DNA of 64,000 bases from the human T2T-CHM13v2.0 reference genome, Homo sapiens: the NCBI RefSeq assembly GCF_009914755.1, contig NC_060941.1. One strand, 5' to 3'. The notes below the pieces were generated by a model. That model was not told where the DNA came from. It saw only the letters and a list, made by a program, of their open reading frames with translations, and did not search any database. The translations under genes and the position numbers were made by a program. Position 1 is the first letter of the stretch, and each line of letters begins with the position of its first letter. Below are positions 57,317 through 64,000 of this stretch, piece by piece.

Positions 57317-59694
57317 CTAAGACCAGAAGGAAAATAAAATGGGATAGTATATTAAAATGCAATGTGGGACAAAGCAGTGCTATATGTGACCAGTGAAAAT
57401 GTTTGCAGTTCTTTCTCTATAAGAAGATGATTTTGCATCCCATATTTGCTAATACTGCACTCCACTGAGCCCAATGAGAAGTTATCAATACTTTATCATA
57501 TGAAAGCGTGTTGAAATTTCTCATATATTGTCTGGTTCAGCCTTCAAAGCAGCCATGTCAGGTTAAGCAGGGCAGTTATGATTTCTATTTTTCAAATGGT
57601 TCAGTGGCATGTGTAGTGCACACAGATAGTAATGGGAACAGCTGCATATTCACACCTCCGTGGAAGTTTCCACGCCACACTGGGTGTCCTTTCACATAAT
57701 TCCCCTCTGTTATCAGCATAATCCAGAAATGCCACAAAGTAACATCCATAACCCCCAAGCAACATGAAAACGACAGCTACTGCTAAAATCCATTTGCATT
57801 AAACCAGCACTAACATGAAATCCACACATTTGATTTTTTTTTCTTCATGTCCCAGTGGATATCTCAGAATAACAGGGCACTTCTGATCTGGTTTCTATGA
57901 ATTTCTTATGAGCTACAACTGTGCTATTCAAAGTGTGGTCCACAGATCAGCAGCAGCAGCGTCACCTGGGACTGTGTCTGAATGCAGAAGCTCAGGCTCC
58001 AGCCCAGACCCACTGAATACAGAGCCTGTGTTTTCACGACAGCCCCGCATGATTCATACGCATGTAGTGAGTTGAGAGCCGCCGCGTCTACAACTCATGC
58101 TTTCGCTCAGCCCTGCCTGTTGTAGGTAGTGAGTTTGTGGTTTAAATCTAAGAAGAGGGGAGGAGAAGCGCACAGGCGGGACATACCTGCGTGCTCACTT
58201 TCAGTAGGGACTGGAGGAGAAGACAGTTTGGAGACAGGGAAAAACCGTGGAAGACAGAACCTGGAGAAGAGTTGGGAACCTCAGAGGAGGTTGCAAATAG
58301 CTGTCTGTGGACATCTGGTTTGTGGTCTCAAGGAAACAGAGACAATATTGATTTTTGAAACAAGAGGGGCTCCAAGTGCCTGTTATTCGGGAGCACTTTG
58401 AGAAACACTGCAGGGCTCCTGAAGGAGGACAGAGTCAGGCTAACCATCTCTAGATGCAGTGACCTGCCAAATGGGCTGTTGGGCTGGAAGAAATGCAGAT
58501 TGCTTATTGCTTCCATTTATCCCCGGGCTCCTCTCCTGTCATCCTCCTTTCTCGGCTTCTGCAGTCCCAGCTCTGGGCATGAGACTTACGGCTCCCTCGA
58601 TCCAGCATCAGGACCTCCCCTCTAGTTGTACTAACTTGGCTCCCTCTTGAAGCTCAGAATTTATGCAACCAAAGCCCAGATTCCTTCACTGGTGGGTCTG
58701 AAACCAACCCCCTCCTCTCCTGCTCTGCTCTTCCTGGCCTGAATCTTCGCTTTGCAGGAGGTGCCAGACGTCAAATTGCCCCACATTCTGTGGCTTCGGG
58801 ACCCAGGCAAACGTCCATGAAGGAGAAACTTGTAACCACTGGGACGCGGGATGAATGCAGGGCCCTGGACTCTGTTGTGGGCAAATACGTTGAGCGATTT
58901 GAAATGACTCTCCCGGGAGCTGGTTGTCAAATTTTTGGTGTGTTCAGGAAATGTCTGCCACATTTTACATCAACATTTTCAAACGGTAAGTGAGTGAAGT
59001 GTTGAATTGTAACAATGAGTGAGTGAAATGAATGGATCGCAGCTCCAGTGGTAAACCAGCTTGGGTAATAGAAGTAACTCACTTTTTAATTACGAAAAAA
59101 GCAAAGAAAAGCATTGGTGTAGCACAACTGCTCCTGGTGCTTTGCTGCATGGAATTTAAAACCCATCCTGATGTCATGTGAAGCCACAGTATGTGGAAGT
59201 CTTTTATGTGGATAATGGGTGGAAAGAATGGGGTGCATTTTGGCTATTTGCCATCACTCATATTTCGAGGTCCAGAAGGGCCAAAGTCAATCAAAATTCA
59301 GTTAAATATGCTTCTAATCATCTTCTTATTCAATACTCCCGGGTTTGTTACTGAAAGACTGCAAGGTATTTATGTTACTATCTTTGTGATTCTCAGCTGC
59401 TTAAAACTCTACTCAAATCCAACTTCCTCCCTGAAGCCGTCTGCCCAGCGGGGATCAATGTCTCCTTCTAGCTCCTGGTACAACTTCTGCAGTTATATTA
59501 TGTGAGGTTCTGCTTTCTCATATGCTGACTGCTGGCTTAGACACATTCTCTTCGTTCATCTTCCCACCACACCTGCACAAGAAGAAATGGGAGCTCAGCT
59601 CCATCAGCCTGCTGGAGGTCAGGCAGCTATGACGGGGCAGGAGCAGTATTTGAACTCAGGACTATGTGCTCCGAAGCCTGTTCTTGTCTCTGTA

Positions 59695-59878
59695 TTAATG
59701 GTTCTCAAAGTGTGGTCCTTGGACCAGCGGTATCACCTGGGAACTTGTTAAAAATATAAGTTATCAGGCCCTACTCCAGACGTATGGAAACAAAAACTTC
59801 GTGGTTGAGGCCCAGAAATCTGTATTTTAACAGGCCCCTTGGGGATTCTGGTGCATGCTTAAGTTTGAGAACCACTCT
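59695..59878. mobile_element. MER5A-like hAT element
   Basis: tggttctcaaagtgtggtcc...tttgagaaccact terminal inverted repeats. Confidence 0.75.
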
Positions 59879-60029
59879 TCCATACCCAGCTTGCTTCTGA
59901 TGTATGGTTCTGTGATATGTGTTATCTTGGTCACTAGACTGTAAGCTACCTGAGGGCAGGACTTCTGCCTTATTCACTTGGGAGCAAGACACTATACTAG
60001 GTGCTGCTGTGGAAATGTAACAAGAGTAA

Positions 60030-60270
60030 CAGCGGACATTTATTGAGCTCTTCACGCCACATGGCATGCTAAACCTTCATGTGGTTTATATTATTGAATT
60101 CTCAGAATAACCCCTTGAGGTCAGCACTATTATTATCTGCCGTTTACAGATCAGGACACTGAAACTCAAGTGGGTGAAGCAGCTTGCTTAAAATCCAATG
60201 CCATGCATGAGGAAGCTGGGATGTGAACCCAGAGGTTCTGACTCCAGAGCCCGTGCTCTTACCCAGCAGG
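60030..60270. mobile_element. MIR
   Basis: acatttattgag...tattattatc...tttacagat..ggacactga. Confidence 0.65.
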
Positions 60271-60434
60271 CTGCCCTGTTCAGTGCATGCTTCCCGAATT
60301 GACTATAACCATCTGACCTCTTCCATGCATCACGTGAAGAAAAAGTCTCAACTGTAAATAAGGGGAGAAATGTACACAGAGCAGCTTGCGAGGATAGAGA
60401 GGGCTTGGATGTCTTTCTGAAAGGAAGCCATCAT

Positions 60435-60734
<300 letters not shown>

Positions 60735-61259
60735 AGAAGGTATCCTTTTTTTAGAGAAACTAAAAGCATTCTCAAGCTCCCTTAATTTCACTTCTGATAG
60801 ATGAGTTATCTTGACCTCCTGTTCAGGATAGGGCCAAATCTACTCAGTCCTGTTGTATCCAGGGTACTTAAATGTCTTGAATTCCTGCACCAGAAGGTAC
60901 AGTCTTCTGGGGAGTCACAGTAGGGGGTGAGGGGGCACAGGGGAGAGGAGGGTCTACAGGTTAGGACTCCAGCAGTGATGCTTGAATTTGAATCATGATT
61001 GTGCTGCTTGAAATCAATGTCATTTTAGATATAAGCTGCTTACACTTTCTGGAACTCGGTTTCTTCAACTGTAAAATGGAAATAATGATAATAGCTGTTT
61101 TATTTGTGCTGAGCAGGAATGAGACTGTGGCTGGGAGAATGCTTTATAAATCAAAAGGGATGTCTGGAAAGTTCAGTGTTCTTTCCTGGACCATTGGGAG
61201 TTGCAGCGTAGGGAGGTATTGAGGAGGTGCCCACCAGTCTTGATTTCTAACCTGAGATT

Positions 61260-61549
61260 CTTTTTTTGTTTTGAGCTGGAGTTTCACTCTTGTTGTCCAC
61301 AATGGAGTACAGTGACACGGTCTCAGCTCACTGCAATCTCCCGGGTTCAAGGATTCTCTTGCTTCGGCCTCCCGAGTAGCTGGGATTACAGGCACCCCCC
61401 ACCACACCCAGCTAATTTTTGTACTTTTAGTAGAGACGGGGTTTCACCATGTTGGTCAGGCTGGTCTCAAACTCCTGACCTCAGGGGATCCACCCACCTC
61501 AGCCTCCCAAAGTGCTGGGATTACAGGCGTGAGCCACCATGCCTGGCCC
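61260..61549 (-). mobile_element. Alu with TSD AACCTGAGATTCTTT
   Basis: Reverse Alu; flanking direct repeat. Confidence 0.92.
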
Positions 61550-62430
61550 AACCTGAGATTCTTTTCTGCCAGACTTCCTTCCTTAGAACACAAACATGTG
61601 ATTTCTCAGTGCTTGCCAGAGATGCAGACCTGTTCCTCTGAGGCTGGAAATGACTTCACGGTACTTTTCAAACAGTAATTATCTACAGAAAAGCGCCCTG
61701 AGACCCTCGGAGACCAGGAGCCGAGAACCCCTTATAAGGACACGATGCTGTTTCTCATCCCAACCCTCAAGATAAGGGCGTTTCTCTGCCTGGATTTGTA
61801 GAATCCAATTTGGATGCCTGGATTCTGGGTTTCCCCCATGGAACAGACTCCTTCCCCCTCCTTCTCACCCATCCCTCTTCAGGCACCAAAGCCCCTTCCA
61901 AAATGTCTTCACCTTTCACATGACACCAGCACTCAAATCCACCATTCCAAATAAATGAGAAAGAAACCCCTTTCCGCCAGGTTTTGCTTGTGCCCCGGCA
62001 ACCCAAAGCTAGGATACAGTTTCATGGCAGGGCACATGTGTGTGTAATTGCTACCTGAGAGGAAGACCAGGAGAGCCTGCTCGAAATGGGGTGTTAATGA
62101 TAAGCACCACAAGATTTGTTACTGTAGTGAAGCCCCATCTGGATGGACTACATTAAGTTGCTTTTTAATGTGGCCCTTTGATGTGGCCCTTCATAGAGTC
62201 CCTCCAGTGCTTGTTAGTTAGGGAGCATCCCACGATAGAAAAAAAAGCAAGAACAAAACCATAAACGAGAACAAGAACCACCCCTTTTGCTCAGCTGAAA
62301 CACTACAATCATGCTAGTTTACCCACCTGTCAGCTTCTTTCAGACCTGTGACCACATCTAGGGATAGGCTTCCTTAGAGGAAAGGAACTTGAAACTGTGT
62401 TTCTGGATGCATTGTTTTAAGCATCAACTA

Positions 62431-62721
62431 TTTTTTTTTTTTTTTTTTGAGATGGAGTCTTGCTCTGTCGCCCAGGCTGTGGCACGATCTCCGCTCACTG
62501 CAAGCTCTGCCTCCCAGGTTCACGCCAATCTCCTGCCTCAGCCTCCTGAGTAGCTGGGACTACAGGCGCCCACCACCACACCCAGCTAATTTTTTGTAGT
62601 TTTAGTAGAGACGGGGTTTCACCATGTTAGCCAGGATGGTCTCGATCTGCTGAGCTCATGATCCGCCCGCCTCAGCCTCCCAAAGTGCTGGGATTATAGG
62701 CCTGAGCCACCAAGCCCGGCC
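62431..62721 (-). mobile_element. AluY-like with TSD ATCAACTATT
   Basis: gcaagctc / ttagccaggatggtctcgatc diagnostics. Confidence 0.9.
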
Positions 62722-62819
62722 CTTAAATATCAACTATTGAGCAGTTAATGAGGAATCGGAATATCTAGCATTTAGTCAGAAATGTGAGGTTTGGAAAAGA
62801 CTAACTTGAACAAATTTCA

Positions 62820-63311
<492 letters not shown>

Positions 63312-63824
63312 TTAGGTCCAACCACCTCATTTTCTGAACCAGAAGACAGAATCGCAAAAAAAACCAGAGCATCCTGCCTGAGGACACAGAATTGCTGAGT
63401 AGTAGGAGGAAGAAGAACCCAGATTTTCCAGCTTTGAGAAGGATGGTGGTTAGTTAGAATTTTGGCTAAAACAGAGCCTTGCTAATTCCTAATCTCTCCT
63501 CTGCAAATGACTTCAGTCTCATTTTCCTAAGCAGCAGAGCCATTTGGCTGGCACAAAGTGTGGCTGTGGCCCTGGCATTCTCCACGGAATGAGAAATTTA
63601 TCCCACTTCTGTTCTCATCCTACGTGCCAAGCAAACAAACCATCTTGTTGACTGCAGACATGGCCTCGGGAATCCTAGCCAGCCAGAAAAACCATTCCGT
63701 CTCTCTTGATGAGGAAACCAGTGCTTGGAATTCAATAGATGTAATTTAAATAGGCTGAATCCAAATAAAATTCTACATTTTCTTAGCTATGACATCTTAC
63801 TTACTTTTTCTTTTATGAAGACAT

Positions 63825-64000
63825 GCTGTAGAGTGAATGTATATGTCCTCCTGAAATTCACATGTTAAACCTTAATGCCCAAGATGATGGTGTTTGGAGG
63901 TGGGACTTTTAGGAGTAAATTAGGTCATGAGGATGGAGCCCCTCATGAAAAAAATTAATGTCCTTGTAGAAGAGGATTGAAGGAGCTCACTCTTCCCTTC
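63825..64000 (+). mobile_element. MaLR LTR (MLT1/MST-like), truncated by the window edge
   Basis: tgctgtaga.tgaatgt...aaattcacatgttaaa..taat.ccc...gtcatgaggatggagccc. Confidence 0.65.

Overview
Human (primate) genomic DNA, recognisable as the ARHGAP44/ELAC2 locus. The window holds the last coding exon and 3' UTR of ARHGAP44 (RICH2) on the + strand. It also holds the complete 24-exon ELAC2 gene (tRNase Z long form) on the - strand, CDS 29408 to 4278. I traced all 24 exons to GT-AG boundaries; they sum to 2481 nt (826 aa plus stop). The CpG-island promoter lies at about 29.0-29.8 kb. The remaining ~34 kb is repeat-rich with no recognisable protein-coding gene (Alu, MaLR/ERV LTRs, L2/MIR, MER/Tigger DNA transposons, simple repeats). 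I see no convincing novel protein-coding system. The most notable sequence-level observations are: (1) interleaved convergent poly(A) signals of the two genes, with a tandem array of GTAAGT U1-type sites upstream of the distal ELAC2 signal; (2) an 18-bp tandem duplication containing the second ELAC2 start codon; (3) two short in-frame, stop-free ELAC2 introns; (4) a diverged ~200-bp duplicated element with a tRNA-like A/B-box head; (5) several strong CTCF motifs; (6) candidate exons of a divergent + strand transcript. Repeat family names come from recognition by eye, and their boundaries are approximate.
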